Source: Vicugna vicugna (taxonomy: Eukaryota). From it: a stretch of 62,000 nucleotides of DNA. The stretch is from contig MU057809.1 of the NCBI GenBank assembly GCA_013265495.1, forward strand, positions 186,001-248,000, given 5' to 3'. The notes below the pieces were generated by a model that was given only the letters and a program-made list of their open reading frames with translations, made no database searches and was not told where the DNA came from. This document shows, one piece after another, positions 48,356 through 60,500 of the stretch. Position 1 is the stretch's first letter. Each line of letters begins with the position of its first letter. Both the position numbers and the translations under genes were made by a program.

Positions 48356-50637
48356 CCAGGATGAGACACAGGGGAAGGGCCACACAGGTGGCTGGAGAGG
48401 CCTCCCTGGACCCAGTGGAGCTGTGGGCACAGAAGAGGGGGGCAGAATGGAGCCTGGAAGATCCCCAGCATTTGGCATTGGGTGCTGGAGGGCAGGAGGT
48501 GGAGGGGCAGTGGGGGGGGGGCACCTGTACCTCAGAGCCCGGAGCTGGGGGCTCCTCCTGACGTTCTGCGGACACGGGGGCGGGAAGAGTGTTGCTGTGG
48601 GTGGGCCTGGGGTTCGGGGGTGCAGGCACTTCGCCGGATGGGAACATCGCCAGATCTGACCAGAAGCGACTCCTCGCTCAGGGGTCCCATTTCCAGGAAG
48701 TAATCTTAGGGCGTCCCTGGCGACTGCACAGAGACGTGCCCGTGGGTGTTGGAGGAGGAAGCCAGGGATGGGAGGACAGACAGGCAGGCCCAGCCCAAGA
48801 CAAGGCTGAGAGGAGAAGGAGCCTCCCGTCCCATCCCTGCCACCTGGCTGTCGAGAAATTCGAGCAGGGGAGGGGCCGGGGGCAGGCGGAGGCTCTGGGC
48901 CGATGCTGCTGGCTGTCCGGACAGGGGGAGGCGAGGGCTCCGTGGGTGTGTCCGTGTCTGAGCTCAGCGAATCGCGCGTGTTAACACGTGGTGTTTTCCG
49001 TTCATGAACAAACTGGAGCAAAAAGGCACAGGCGCAGCTGGGCAGAAGGAAGCGCCAGCAGGTGGCACGTCGGGGGCTCGCCGGACTCCCCAGGGGAGCT
49101 GGGACGGCACCTGCCACCTACTCCAGCCCAGAGACCCTTCTGGAAACTCGCATACTCACTCTTGCCGCTTAAAAACATAGGTTCGGTTTATCCCCGCGCC
49201 CCCAGGCTGGCTCTGGGGGTCAGAGGTCGGAAGTGGCTCCTCAGGGCGGGTTCCCCCGGAGGCCCCGGGAGGCCCCCTTCCTCCGCCCCCTCCTCCCTTG
49301 GAGGCCGCTGGCTCCTCCAGGACAATCTCATTTCCTGCCCCAAACCGCCTTTGCCCGATCCGACACATTCATGTTCTGGAGGCCGTCATCCTGTCCGCCG
49401 TGTGACTCCGTGGACGTGACGTGGGGGACGGGGATCGGGCGCAGGGGGCAGGAAGCAGGGTCGGGGCTATTCTCCACCCTGACCGTGTGACCAGTACCAC
49501 AGGCACTAGGTGGACGCACGCTGACTTAGTTCTGTGAGCCATCCTGGGCGGACAGGAGCCCCAGCTCACGACCCAGTCAGGGCCTCGGTACCAGCCGCTC
49601 AGCACGAATGACCCAGGGAACCAGGGCTTAGAGAGCCGGCCTCCCTCACTGCAGCCGTGCCACTGCACCGCTGGACAGGCTGCCTGTGAGGCAGTGAGCG
49701 CCCCGTCACAGAAGATACGCACACCGAGGCTGGGATGGGTAAGGAAGGGCCCTCAGGCTGCCCTGGCTCTGGGGTCTGAGCAGGGGCGTGGACGGCGCCC
49801 CGGGAGACAGGCCCCGTGGTGAGGGGCCCATGCGGGGATGGGCTTCCCGCCGCCTCATGTTGGGGCAGGCGGTGGGAAGCAGGCCCAGCCACTTCTGGTG
49901 CCAACAGCCCTCCCAGCCCTCAAAGCAGCACCTCCTCCCCTCCCAGCCAGGCCACCAGGGTTTAGGAGACCAGAGTGCGGCACAGCCAGACGGGGCCTGT
50001 AAACCTGGCCACCTGTTGCCCGGCAGGCCCTGCCCCAGCCCCGGCCCTGTCCCAGCACAGCCAGTGCCTCTGCCCGGGTGACACTGTTTGCAGAGCCACC
50101 AAGAGGCAGAGTGTCATTTGGGTGACCTTGCCGTCGGGGCCTCTGAAGGCCAGGATTTGAGGCATCTGCTGTGCAGACCTCGTGGGCCGTCCCTGGGCTC
50201 CACGCCTGGTGTCCCCCACTGGCCCAGGCAGAGTGGAGCTGGGTGGACGCAGGCGGTGGTGGGTTTGGGAGAGGCTGAGGGGTCCTGTGGGGCAGGGAGG
50301 CCCCAGGCCCTTGAGTCCCGGCTCTGATGGAGGAACCAAGCAGGCTGACAGCCGCGGGGGGCAGGCCGGCCACTGCACCGCCTTCTTCCCAAGGAGGTGA
50401 GGAGCAAGGCTGCAGCCCCCCAGCCAGCCCCCCGGCCCCCGGGCCCCCCGCCACAGACTCGACCCCACATTCCACACACGCCTGTCACTTTAAGCCGCCT
50501 GGCTGTCCCCAGGAACTGCTCATTCCACATTCTCGGGGTGGTGGGGTGGGTGGGGTGCTGGCACGCCCTCCAAGGAGGCCTTACAGGAGCGGGGCGGTCC
50601 CTGGCAGGGGAGCTGGGCCTCGCCACCCGCCGGCCTC

Positions 50638-50811
50638 ATGGCCCTGCTGCTCCTGGGGCTCCTGGGGCTCCTGGTGCTCTGGGGGCTGCTGCGCTCCTGC
50701 ACCTGCAGCCCCTCCCCAGCCCCTCGCTGGCCCCCGGGGCCGCGCCCGCTGCCCCTTATTGGGAACCTGCATCTGCTGCGTTTGTCACAGCAGGACCAGT
50801 CCCTGATGGAG
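50638..50811 (+). CDS. CYP2W1: CYP2W1 exon 1 (signal anchor, PPGP hinge)
   Basis: MALLLLGLLGLLVLWGLL..WPPGPRPLPLIGNLHLL..SLME; donor GAG|GTAGGT; 174 nt. Confidence 0.96.
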
Positions 50812-51860
50812 GTAGGTCAGCAGGCGCGTCCTAACCTGGCTCCACGCCTGGGCCCGGGCTGGGCTCCCTGCCAGCCCTGAAGGGGAAACCGTCTCGGGGG
50901 AAGCTGAGCCCCCATTTTCCAGGACCCCTCTGAGTGAGAGGCTCGTGTTCAGCCTGGTACTGGCCTGGCAGGAGACACAGGAGGCCCAAATGCCCACCCT
51001 GCCTTGGGGAAGGGACACTCTGCCTCATATGGAAACAGACAGACCATCCAAGGAGCAGGGTGCCAGGTGTGGCAAGCCAGTAGGGCTCCCTGGAGGAGGC
51101 AGCATTAGATGAGTGCCAACAGGAGGGCCAGGTTTGGGGGCAGTGGAGGGAAGGAGGCAGGGGCTCCTGGTGGCAGCACCAGGCAGCAGAGGTCTGGCAA
51201 CAGAAAAGACCAGGGCCAGCGCACAGATGTGCCCGTGGGGCAGGTGGGACCCCAGCTGGGTGTGGCTCCTTCCCACATCAAGCTGGGGGCCCGGGAGTAA
51301 AGCAGAGGTGCAGGCCTGGCCCCCGCCCATGGGGGCCATTCAGCCAGCCCCCACCCAGGTCCCCCCACCATGAGCCCTTCAGGACCCAGCCACGTGGCTG
51401 CCTGGTGGCCCCCAGGCCCTGCAGGCGGGCGGGGAGGAGGGCCCCACAGCCCCCTGCCCCATGAAGTACCGTCAGCTGGGGCAGCGCCCATCCGGCTGCA
51501 GCCACAGGGTTCTCAGGCCCAGTGCTGGGCCCTGGAGACCGCCGTCCGGCACAGTGGGGGCAGAGCAGAGGTGGACAGGGACAGCCGCGTGTCCACAGCC
51601 ACTCACTCCCTGCCTCCAGGCCTCAGTCTCCTCACCCATATAGTGGGGAGAGGTCAGCCCTTCCCGCCTCAGGCAGTGGTGCCGTAAGGACCAAAGGGGA
51701 AGGGCACACAGAGCCCCGTCCTTCCCACAGACCCAGCCGGGCCGCCCCCACCCGCCGGCCCCAGGTCTACCCCGTGTCTTCCCCACGCGAGAGGGGGCGG
51801 CCTGAGGGGCTCCCGGGGCCAGGGGCGGGCAGCAGGCTGATCCCTCTGCCGTCCCGCCAG

Positions 51861-52023
51861 CTCGCAGACCAGTATGGGCCAGTGTTCACTGTCCATCTGG
51901 GGAGCCAGAAGATGGTGGTGCTGACCGGCTATGAGGCAGTGAGGGAGGCCCTGATGGGCACCGGGCAGAAGCTGGCCGGCCGCCCCCCCATTGCCATCTT
52001 CCAGCTCATCCAGGGAGGCGGAG
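51861..52023 (+). CDS. CYP2W1: CYP2W1 exon 2
   Basis: cgccAG|LADQYGPVFTVHLG..GYEAVREAL..GRPPIAIFQLIQGGG; donor G|GTAGGT; 163 nt. Confidence 0.96.
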
Positions 52024-52289
52024 GTAGGTGTGCGGCGGAGGGCAGGCAGAGGTCAGCACTGCTCTGGGGGCCCTGTGTCCCCTGGAGGGGTGGGTGCCGA
52101 GAAGGGCCCCTCCCTCCCAGCAGCATGGCCCCTGGGGAGCGCCAGGGTGTCCACATGGCAGGCCGGGCACCCAGGGGACTCGGGCCAGGCAAGGCCACTC
52201 CTGGGGCCCCAGCCCTGCCCGACCCCGGGCGTCCCCCTCGCTCCAGACTGCAGCTCCGGGGGCTGCTCACTGGCCGTGTCCGCCTGCAG

Positions 52290-52439
52290 GCATCTTCTTC
52301 TCGTCTGGGGTGCGCTGGAGGGCCGCCCGCCAGCTCACCGTGCGCACCCTCCACGGCCTGGGCGTGGGGAGGGCAACCGTGGCCAACAAGGTCCTGCAGG
52401 AGCTGAGGTGCCTCACGGGGCAGCTGGACAGCTACAGAG
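52290..52439 (+). CDS. CYP2W1: CYP2W1 exon 3 (WxxxR C-helix)
   Basis: GIFFSSGVRWRAARQLTVRTLHGLGVG..LDSYR; AG/GT borders; 150 nt. Confidence 0.96.
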
Positions 52440-52507
52440 GTGAGTGGGGGCTGGGGCACCCCGTCCCCGGGAGCCCTTCCCCGCTGAGGCCTCTCTCCCA
52501 CCCCCAG

Positions 52508-52665
52508 GCCAGCCCTTCCCGCTGGCCCTGCTCGGCTGGGCTCCCTCCAACATCACCTTCACGCTCCTCTTCGGCCAGCGGTTCGACTATTGTGACCCTG
52601 TGTTCGTGTCCCTGCTGGGCCTCACCGATGAGGTCATGGTCCTCCTGGGGGCACCCAGCCTGCAG
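52508..52665 (+). CDS. CYP2W1: CYP2W1 exon 4
   Basis: GQPFPLALLGWAPSNITFTLLFGQRFDY..APSLQ; donor CAG|GTGAG; 158 nt. Confidence 0.95.
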
Positions 52666-53876
52666 GTGAGAGGCCACTGCCCCGGGCCGGGAGTGGCGAG
52701 CACAGAAGGCGGGCCTGGGACTGGGGCGGGAGGGGGTCCCAGCTTGGCCCCCACCAGGGAGGGTGAGCTGCTGCCTCAGGGAAGCTCCTCTGGGGTCGGA
52801 GCTGAGGGGTGAGGGGCGCCCTGCTCCTGACGTCAGCCGGCCGCACCCCCAGGCCAGTCCCTGTGCTCCTGAGGAGGGCGGGGTCGGGGGCCCCCATCCC
52901 CCCCGCCCCTTCCCTTCAGCAATAGATGCGCCTGCTCGCAGGTCGGGGGAATGAGGGCTCGATGCCCGTATCACAGGGGTGTCTCCTGATGCTCGGAACC
53001 CCCAGGGCCGTGCGCATTTCATTCCTTTCCAGAACTTAAAATGTTTCTCTCGTAGCCACACCGCCACTTTTCACTAGACTCGCTGAAGCACGTTTAGTGG
53101 GCTGTGTATGAACTTCTCAGCCCGTCTCTTCACCCCCTGAGGCCATGGGCTTCGAGTGGGGGCTCAGGCTTCAGCCCTGATGCGAATTCACCCCTCAGGG
53201 CTAGAGGAGCCTCAGCCCGGCAGGAAGATTTGCAAAAGCCGGCCTGGCTAAGTGCCCCCAGGGAGCCCCGGGGGACAGAGGCCAGAGGGTCAGGCGGTTC
53301 CAGGGGGACGGAATATTCCGTGGCCTTCCTTCCCGGGCGACCCAATCCCGGCATGCTTCGTGTTCTGGGACACACAGTGGTGTCAGTGCAGCTGGGGTGG
53401 CCGCCGACGTCTGTGAAGAGCCGCCTGTGAAGAGCCGCCTGCGGGCCGGATGCACGGCCCCGGGACAAGCTTGTCACACCGGCAGTGCTGTCACCCCATT
53501 TCACAGCGGGCTGGGCTGACGCTCTGAAGTTTGCAAATTCTTCTTTTTTTTTCTCTTACGACTCTCAGAAGATTCAAAGTTATCTTCACGGCAGCAACCC
53601 TGTCCCCTTCTGTCTGACCAGCTTTGGTGGGTGGGGAGTGGGGCCTGATGACAGTCGCCTGCTGGGACTCGCATGGAACCTACACTCTGATGGAGGATTT
53701 TGTCAGAGTCCTTGGGGAGCTGGTCTCACCAGGAGGGTGAGGGAGGGGCCCCAGGAGTGGGGAGCTGGGGGTCCCGGACAAGAGAACACACCTGCTGGAG
53801 GACAGAGCCCTCTAGCCAGGTGGCGCTGTGGGGCCTGCGTCCTCACCCTCGCCACACTGTCCCGCCCCGCCCCCAG

Positions 53877-54050
53877 CTCTTCAACGTCTTCCCCTGGCTT
53901 GGAGCCCTCCTCCAGCTGCACCGCCCAGTCCTGCGTAAGATCGAGGAAGTTCGGGCCATCCTGAGGACCCTTCTGGAGGCACGGCGGCCCCACATGACTG
54001 CACAGGGCCCCGTGCAGAGCTACCTGGACGCCCTGATCCAGCAGGGACAG
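53877..54050 (+). CDS. CYP2W1: CYP2W1 exon 5
   Basis: LFNVFPWLGALLQLHRPVLRKIEEVRAIL..SYLDALIQQGQ; 174 nt; AG/GT borders. Confidence 0.95.
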
Positions 54051-54376
54051 GTGTGGGCAGGACCTGCCTCACCTCCCAAGAGGCCTTGGGGGCATCTTGG
54101 GGCCCCACCCAGGAGGAGAGGGAGGAACTTATGCTGGTCCTGCACTTACCCTGCTGCTCTACCTCCTGGCTGGGAGCCTCCCAGAGCCTCGGTCTCCTCC
54201 TCTGTGAGATGGTGCATTTGTAGTGCCTGCCTTGTAGGGGAAGCTGCAGTGACCCCTGAATGTAGTAGGTGCTCAGCAGATTCTGGCTCTGTCCTCCCCT
54301 TTCTTGAGCCCGAGCCTGGGTCAGGGGTCCATGGAGCCCAGCCTCCAGCTGAGCCAGGTCCTGCTCACCTCTGCAG

Positions 54377-54515
54377 GGGAACGATCCTGAGGGCCTGTTT
54401 GCCGAGGCCAACGTGGTGGCCTGCGCCCTGGACATGGTCATGGCTGGCACGGAGACCACTTCCTCCACGCTGCAGTGGGCCGCCCTGCTGATGGCCAAGC
54501 ACCCACAGGTGCAGG
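54377..54515 (+). CDS. CYP2W1: CYP2W1 exon 6 (I-helix AGTETTS)
   Basis: GNDPEGLFAEANVVACALDMVMAGTETTSSTLQWAALLMAKHPQVQ; 139 nt. Confidence 0.96.
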
Positions 54516-54603
54516 GTGAGCTGGGAGAGCCCGTCCTCCCCGGGGCCCAGGGCCAAGCTGGCGGAGGCTCCCAGGACGTTGGCGTCCACCCTCTCGCCCA
54601 CAG

Positions 54604-54788
54604 GCCGGGTGCAGGAAGAGCTGGACTGTGTGCTGGGGCCTGGGCGGCCCCCCAGGCCGGAGGACCAGCAGGCCCTGCCCTACACCAACGCTGTGCTGCA
54701 CGAGGTCCAGCGGTACATCACCCTCCTGCCCCACATGCCCCGGTGCACCACGGCTGACACCCGACTGGGCAGCTACCTGCTCCCCAAG
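54604..54788 (+). CDS. CYP2W1: CYP2W1 exon 7 (K-helix ExxR)
   Basis: GRVQEELDCVLG..LPYTNAVLHEVQRYITLLPH..GSYLLPK; 185 nt. Confidence 0.96.
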
Positions 54789-55142
54789 GTGGGAGGGCCG
54801 GGCCCACACAGCCCCTGGCCCCCTCCTGGCCCTTCGTCCACTTGTTCCTCTGCTTGGGGTGGGTGGGGGCAGGTGTCCCCATGGGAGGTGGGAAAGGGGT
54901 GCAGCGGGGGGCAGCCCTTGGCCTCACAGCCCCCTTGAACCTGGGGCTTCCTCAAGGCAGATTTGGGTGCACACGGTGTGGCCTGGGGGTCACCTGGGAG
55001 ATGGGGCTGCGCCCCCAGAAGACCCCTGCCAGGCCCCACCCCATCTCCCCGTCGTCTTTGGGGACGCTTTCTCCTGTACACCCCGTTGGGCTGGCCTGGG
55101 TGGACGGGGCGTCCAGCCAGCCCACCTGCCGCCTGCCCACAG

Positions 55143-55284
55143 GGCACGCCTGTGGTGCCCCTGCTGAGCTCCGTGCTCCTGGACAAGACGCAGTGGGACA
55201 CCCCGCGCCAGTTCAACCCGGGCCACTTCCTGGACGCTGACGGGCGCTTCGTGAAGCGGGCGGCCTTCCTGCCTTTCTCCGCAG
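55143..55284 (+). CDS. CYP2W1: CYP2W1 exon 8 (meander)
   Basis: GTPVVPLLSSVLLDKTQWDTPRQFNPGHFLDADGRFVKRAAFLPFSA; 142 nt. Confidence 0.96.
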
Positions 55285-55394
55285 GTACCACAGCCCTGCG
55301 GGCAGGCGGCCCAGGCTCCCCCCGCCACAGCCCCGGGATGCCCTCCCCTCCAGGAGATAGGAGCCCCCACCCTGCGCCTCCGTGTCCCTTGCAG

Positions 55395-55591
55395 GCCGCC
55401 GCGTCTGTGTGGGGGAGAGCCTGGCCAGGTCGGAGCTCTTCCTGCTGTTCGTGGGCCTCCTCCAGAGGTACCACCTCCTGCCCCCGCCCGGCCTCAGCCC
55501 CGCCACCCTGGACACCACGCCCGCCCCAGCCTTCACCATGCGGCCGCCAGCCCAGGCCCTGTGCGCGGTGTCCAGGCTGCAGGGGCGCTGA
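55395..55591 (+). CDS. CYP2W1: CYP2W1 exon 9 (heme-ligating Cys) to stop
   Basis: GRRVCVGESLARSELFLLF..ALCAVSRLQGR*; completes FSAGRRVCVG. Total CDS 1482 nt = 493 aa, frame intact. Confidence 0.96.
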
Positions 55592-58500
55592 CTGAGGGAG
55601 GCCTGGCCTGACTGCAGGATAAACTCCTGGCTCTGGGGTGCCGAGGGTGACGGGGCAGCATGGATGGACGGAAAGACGGCCCCTTGCTGGACTCTTTGCT
55701 GCGGCCACCATGGGCTGGGCAGCCTCACCCAGGCACCAAGGTGGGCAGGGGAGCCCCACTCCCGCCCTGAACGCCCCACCCGGCCTGATCCTGTTCCTTC
55801 TGAGGCCCCGGGCCCCAGACCCCAGGGCATCAGCCGCTGCTCTGTCCACACCAGACACCCCCACCCCCAATGGTGCAGCCTCACCTCATCACACCCCATG
55901 CAGGCCTCCCCTGGGCTTCCCACTGCTCCCTCTCCTGTGTCCCCTCTACACTGCCCCCATCTGGCTCCCACCAGGGTCACGTAGCCAGGCAAACCCCCGC
56001 CAGGCACAGGGCTGCCTCCCACCTGCAGTCGGAGGTGCAGGGAGGTGGCAGGGGGCAGCTGGGCCCCAGGGTGACATCCACGCGGAGGCCAGACTCAGGC
56101 CAGCGTTCTCGGCTCTCTCTGCCATGGAGCCAGGCCCCTGAGCCCCAGGGGAACCACAGAGATGTCCCAGGTGGGAGACGGGCTGGTTGAGGGACAGCTA
56201 CCACCCAGAGAGTGACAGAGGGGGCTTGGGCGGGAGGGGTGAGTAGGAGTTTGCAGGGAGGTCACCTCCAAGAGCCTTTTCTCTGGTCCAGTCTGACCCC
56301 ACACCGTTGTCCCTCATTGCGCCTGCCCCCGGGCCCTTCCAGGACTGAAGCCCTGGCGTCTCAGAGCCCAGAACTGGCTCTCTGCTCTCCACGGAGGCAG
56401 CCTCTCTTGAGGAGGAGCACCCGAGGAGCCGGCTGGCAGTGGGCGGCGGGCAGGGGTCTAAGCCACGGCAGGGGGTTAGCGGCGCTGGTGGGTTCCGCGC
56501 AAACAGCGAAGGTGACACTGACACCTTCTCCACGTCTTCTCCCTGGTGAGCTGGATGCTGCCAAACGAGGACTGGACTGGAAGGAGAGCAGGGCTGGGGG
56601 TACACAGAGGAAGCCCCTGCTCCCAGCTGGCGGTCAAAGGGCCTTCCTGGAGGGTGGGGACGGGGAGCATCAGATTAGCACGAATTAGTCTGGCCAGACC
56701 AGGTGTTGGTGATGAAGGGAGTGGGGTTCTGGGAGAAGGGGGAGTGGGAGGCCTCCGAGTCACCGCGTCCCTGGAGAAAAGAAGGCTGGGTGGCCGGCAG
56801 GGAGCCCTCGCTGTGTCCTCTTCTTGTGGGTTTGACGTGACCGGGGTCCGAGGCGGGGCGGAGGGAGCCCGCCTCGCCCAGGGCGCGGCTGCAGGGCATG
56901 AAGGCTGCGGCAGACCCTCCAGGAAGCTGCTGTTTGAAGAGTGGGCTGTGGCGGGAGGCGGCGGTAAAACTTTTGGGAGAGAAGGCGCTAGCATCGCAGG
57001 GCCCCGTCCGTGCGCCTCCCAGAGGACCCAGGCCCGGGTGGCAGGACTCGGAAGCCAAGACGCGTATTTTCATAGCTTTTAAGAACAGGCGTCAAAATGA
57101 ACCACTTTCAAAGGTGACTTTTAAGTTTTCTCAAAAGAACCCAGTTAATTAGTTGAAGTTTTACTGCAATTATTTTAATTTGCCAAGAACAAATTTAAGA
57201 AGCTGTTTGGCTGGGTTGGAAGGTGTTAGTCCTGGCAGAAAAAGTTTTAAAAGTGCACTGCTCTGGGCGGCCTGAGTCCCCACAGGCAGCCTTGGTGGCC
57301 TGAATGCAGCTGGGGGGTTGCGAGCTGGGGGTGGGCAGAGGCCCTGGAACACGGCTGGGAACAGGGGTGACCCCAGGGGTGTCCTCACACACAGGGGAGT
57401 TCGGGAACCCTGTTTCTGGGCTCCTGTGAGGAAGGGTCTTCGTGGGGCGCTGTGCCTGCAGCTCTAGCAGGGTAGGGGGAGCCGCCCATAGGTGTCCGGG
57501 GTGGGGAGACCCACCATGCGACCTCGACATCCCCGTGGCCCATCCTGGAGGCCCGAGCCTCCCAGGCTGGCACCCAGATCACCGCAGCTTGGCTCCCTCA
57601 GACGACAGCCTGTCCGTCACCGCCCCTCACTCACGCCCACTTCAGCCACATCTCGGCCCCCTGGCCCAGTCGGTGGGCCCCCACCCCAGGGAGTGAACCC
57701 CATGTCCAGAAACAGATCTGAGGTGAGGGCTGGTGTGAGTCCCCCGATGGCTGGGTCCAGGGCTCGGGTCCTGCCCTCTCTCGGCCTCTGCAGGGGACCC
57801 AGGCCCCCATTCTCGGGCTCCCCTCACCCCCGCCTGCACCTGGTGGGGGACCAGGAGAGCCAAGACCACCTACCCTCTGGGGAAACTGGTCCCTTCCCCC
57901 TGCTCCTGAGCTAACACAGAATCAGCACGTGACCCATAAAGAGCACATTTTGCAGAGTCTGACGTCTGTCTGACCCGAGAAACCACTACCTCGTTAAGAC
58001 GAACTCGCCCCTGGACCCACCTTCCAGACTCGTCTGTCAAAGCTGCTTCAACTCATTGACGTGGGAATCGGGACGGGGGCTAGGGATGGGGGACGTCCGC
58101 CCTCACCCCCACCCGCTCCCAGAACCGCACGGTCAGCACTTACCAGAGCGCAGACACACCTCTGGGTGTGGGCTCGTGGCAAAGACTGCGCGTGGCTTCT
58201 ACGGGTCAGTCTTCCAAGCCCAGAACCCAGCAGGACGGCCAGTGCCCCTGTCCGCCCGAGGGCAGACGTGTGGTTGGGGGAGTGCGGAGTCCTGGCTCCG
58301 GGGGCCTGACTTCCCCAGGCCCCTCCGGCTGAGTCTCCTTCCCGCGCGCAGGGCAGCCACCAGGACACTGGCTGGACGGTCGCTGCACAGCCACGGGACT
58401 GGCCACACTCAACACCAATTTATCCACAGTGGATACGACCCTCCTGGGGCTCACGGGAGGGGAGCAGTGAGTCCCTGCTGCTCACCGGCGGAGGCCAGCG

Positions 58501-59881
58501 GGAAACACCCGCTTCTCAGCCATAAACTCTAGCGCTACTGGCTCCAAGGCAGCAGCTTCCTTCGGGGTGGGGGGCTGGGCTGCTACTGGTTGGTGAGCTT
58601 GGCAGCACCGCCGTCACCCCAGAAAGTGTCACTCGCACCAGCCCAGCCCCATCCTGCCCCCTGGCGGTGCCCATGACCACTGACGTGATGGACACAGAAT
58701 CTGGAAGAGAACAGGTTGGGGGAGCCCCCCCTGCCCTTGTGCTGTGGCTGCAGGCTCGGACCCCCAGCATCAGCCGCCCCTGGGGCCATCAGAATGCCGC
58801 CTCTGACCCGGGGACCCCAGGAACCACTTGGATCCTGAGCCTGGTTCCAACCAAGAGCAGCGCTGGTCCCTCTGATGGGAGCTCAGGGAGGAAGGAGGCC
58901 CCTCAGGTCGGCGTCCAGGCGCCTTTGTGTGTGGGCGAGGGGGCGTCCGGCTCGCCAGGACCATCCCCGTTAACGGGCACGAGGACCCGGTACCCTTAGC
59001 ACTTCCCTTTCTGATTTAGTCGCCAGGAAACCCAGGCCACTTTTCTCATCAACCCACCCTGACTCCCTACAAGGGACCTGCCCCTCTTTGTAGCCTGGGG
59101 ACCTTCCTGTATCTCACGTCTGTTTCTCAGTGTTTTCTAAGACGTCCCAAAGCTTAGGAACCACGAGGGTGGCACCCGGCTGTTGGGCTGTGCAGAGACC
59201 GTCTGTGGAGCTGACGCCCGCGTGCTGGACTTTCCCTGCTCGTGGCCTCACCTGACGGGTACGAGCAGGGCCGCTCCAGGGAGGCCTTCCACCGCGGCCG
59301 GGCCGCCTGGCCCACAGACCCGCAACGGGAGCAGGGCTCCCTGGGGGTGGCCCCAGGCTGGGGCTGCCGTGGCCTCAAGACTGGCCGGGCCTGAGAGCCC
59401 CCACATCAGGGCAGCTGAGTCCCAGGGCGAGTGTCCTGAGAGGCAGGCAGCGCAGCTCCGAGCCTGCTCCAGGCTAGAAGCCGACCGTGCCGGGGCAGGG
59501 AGTCAGGCCCACTGGCAGGGTTTACAGAGCACACGTACCCGCCCCGGCCTGTCTGTGGGCCCCAGGTTGCGCACACACGGCCCTCCTGTGGGGCCGCTGC
59601 AAGGCGGCGGCCCGCTCGCTCCCTCCCTCCGAGTGCAGCCTCCAGGGCAGACCGCATCCGTTCCTGTGTGGAGAGCAAGTGCTTCCTGGGCTGGGGGGGG
59701 GGGACGGTCACCACAGACTCCCGGAAGCGGGGCTGCAGAACTAGGGGCCAGCCCCGCGGCAAGAAGCATGTGTGTTGCCTGGACGCGTCCTGGGGAGGAC
59801 AGCCGACCACGCCCACTCCACGGCCTGCAGGGAAATGAGAGCAGATCGCGGGAGAAGAGCCACAGCCTCCAGAGGCTGGTG

Positions 59882-59887
59882 TTTATT
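59882..59887 (-). terminator. C7orf50: C7orf50 polyadenylation signal AATAAA
   Basis: tttatt on the plus strand, about 430 nt downstream of the stop codon; T/G-rich sequence follows on the minus strand. Confidence 0.75.
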
Positions 59888-60314
59888 GAAAACACACCCA
59901 GGTTTTCCCTGTAACTGGTCAGCAAGGCCGTGGCATAGCCCGAGGAGGGAGGAGGAAGGGGCACAAGCCTCAGCTTGGGCCCTGGGTGGGCGCAGGCAGG
60001 GGACTGGGAGGCCTGCACCACCAGAGGGACTGCCAGACCGACGTGGGGCCCAAACCCACCCACTGACGGACCACAGCTGGCGGGAGGGGCCGGCTCCGGC
60101 TGGTCTCTACGATGTTCCCAGTAGAAAAACAGACGTTTCCCTCAGTAAGCAACTTCCTGGGGGCCCCTGGAGGCCAGGTTACTGCAGAGTGACCGCATTC
60201 TAATGCGAAGAGACTAGAGCCACCACCACCTCCCAACAGTCTGGCCAGGGAGTCAGGAGGGGGCAGTCCTTCCAAGGGCCGGGTGCCTGGGAGTCCCAGG
60301 CCCGCCGGCCGCCC

Positions 60315-60500
60315 CTAGGAGAGCAGCTGCAGCACCTGCCGGATCCGCTGGGTCTTCTCCAGCAGCCGGGGGTCTGCGCCGGGCCCCCCTTCGTCCAGCT
60401 CCCGCATCAGCGCCTCTGCCTTCTGCACCGTCAGCTCGCGGGCGCGGCCCCTGAGCCCCTCCAGGTAGGCCAGCAGGGCGGGGAAGTGCTCGTCGGGGAC
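60315..60500 (-). CDS. C7orf50: C7orf50/CHLSN (cholesin) terminal coding exon
   Basis: cccccgc[66 protein letters not shown] at 60317-60315. Confidence 0.93.
   Translation of the reverse strand, partial: VPDEHFPALLAYLEGLRGRARELTVQKAEALMRELDEGGPGADPRLLEKTQRIRQVLQLLS

Noticed and set aside
54773..55870. 365-aa antisense ORF over CYP2W1 exons 8-9
   Set aside because: Shadow of GC-rich coding sequence; no domain or independent evidence.
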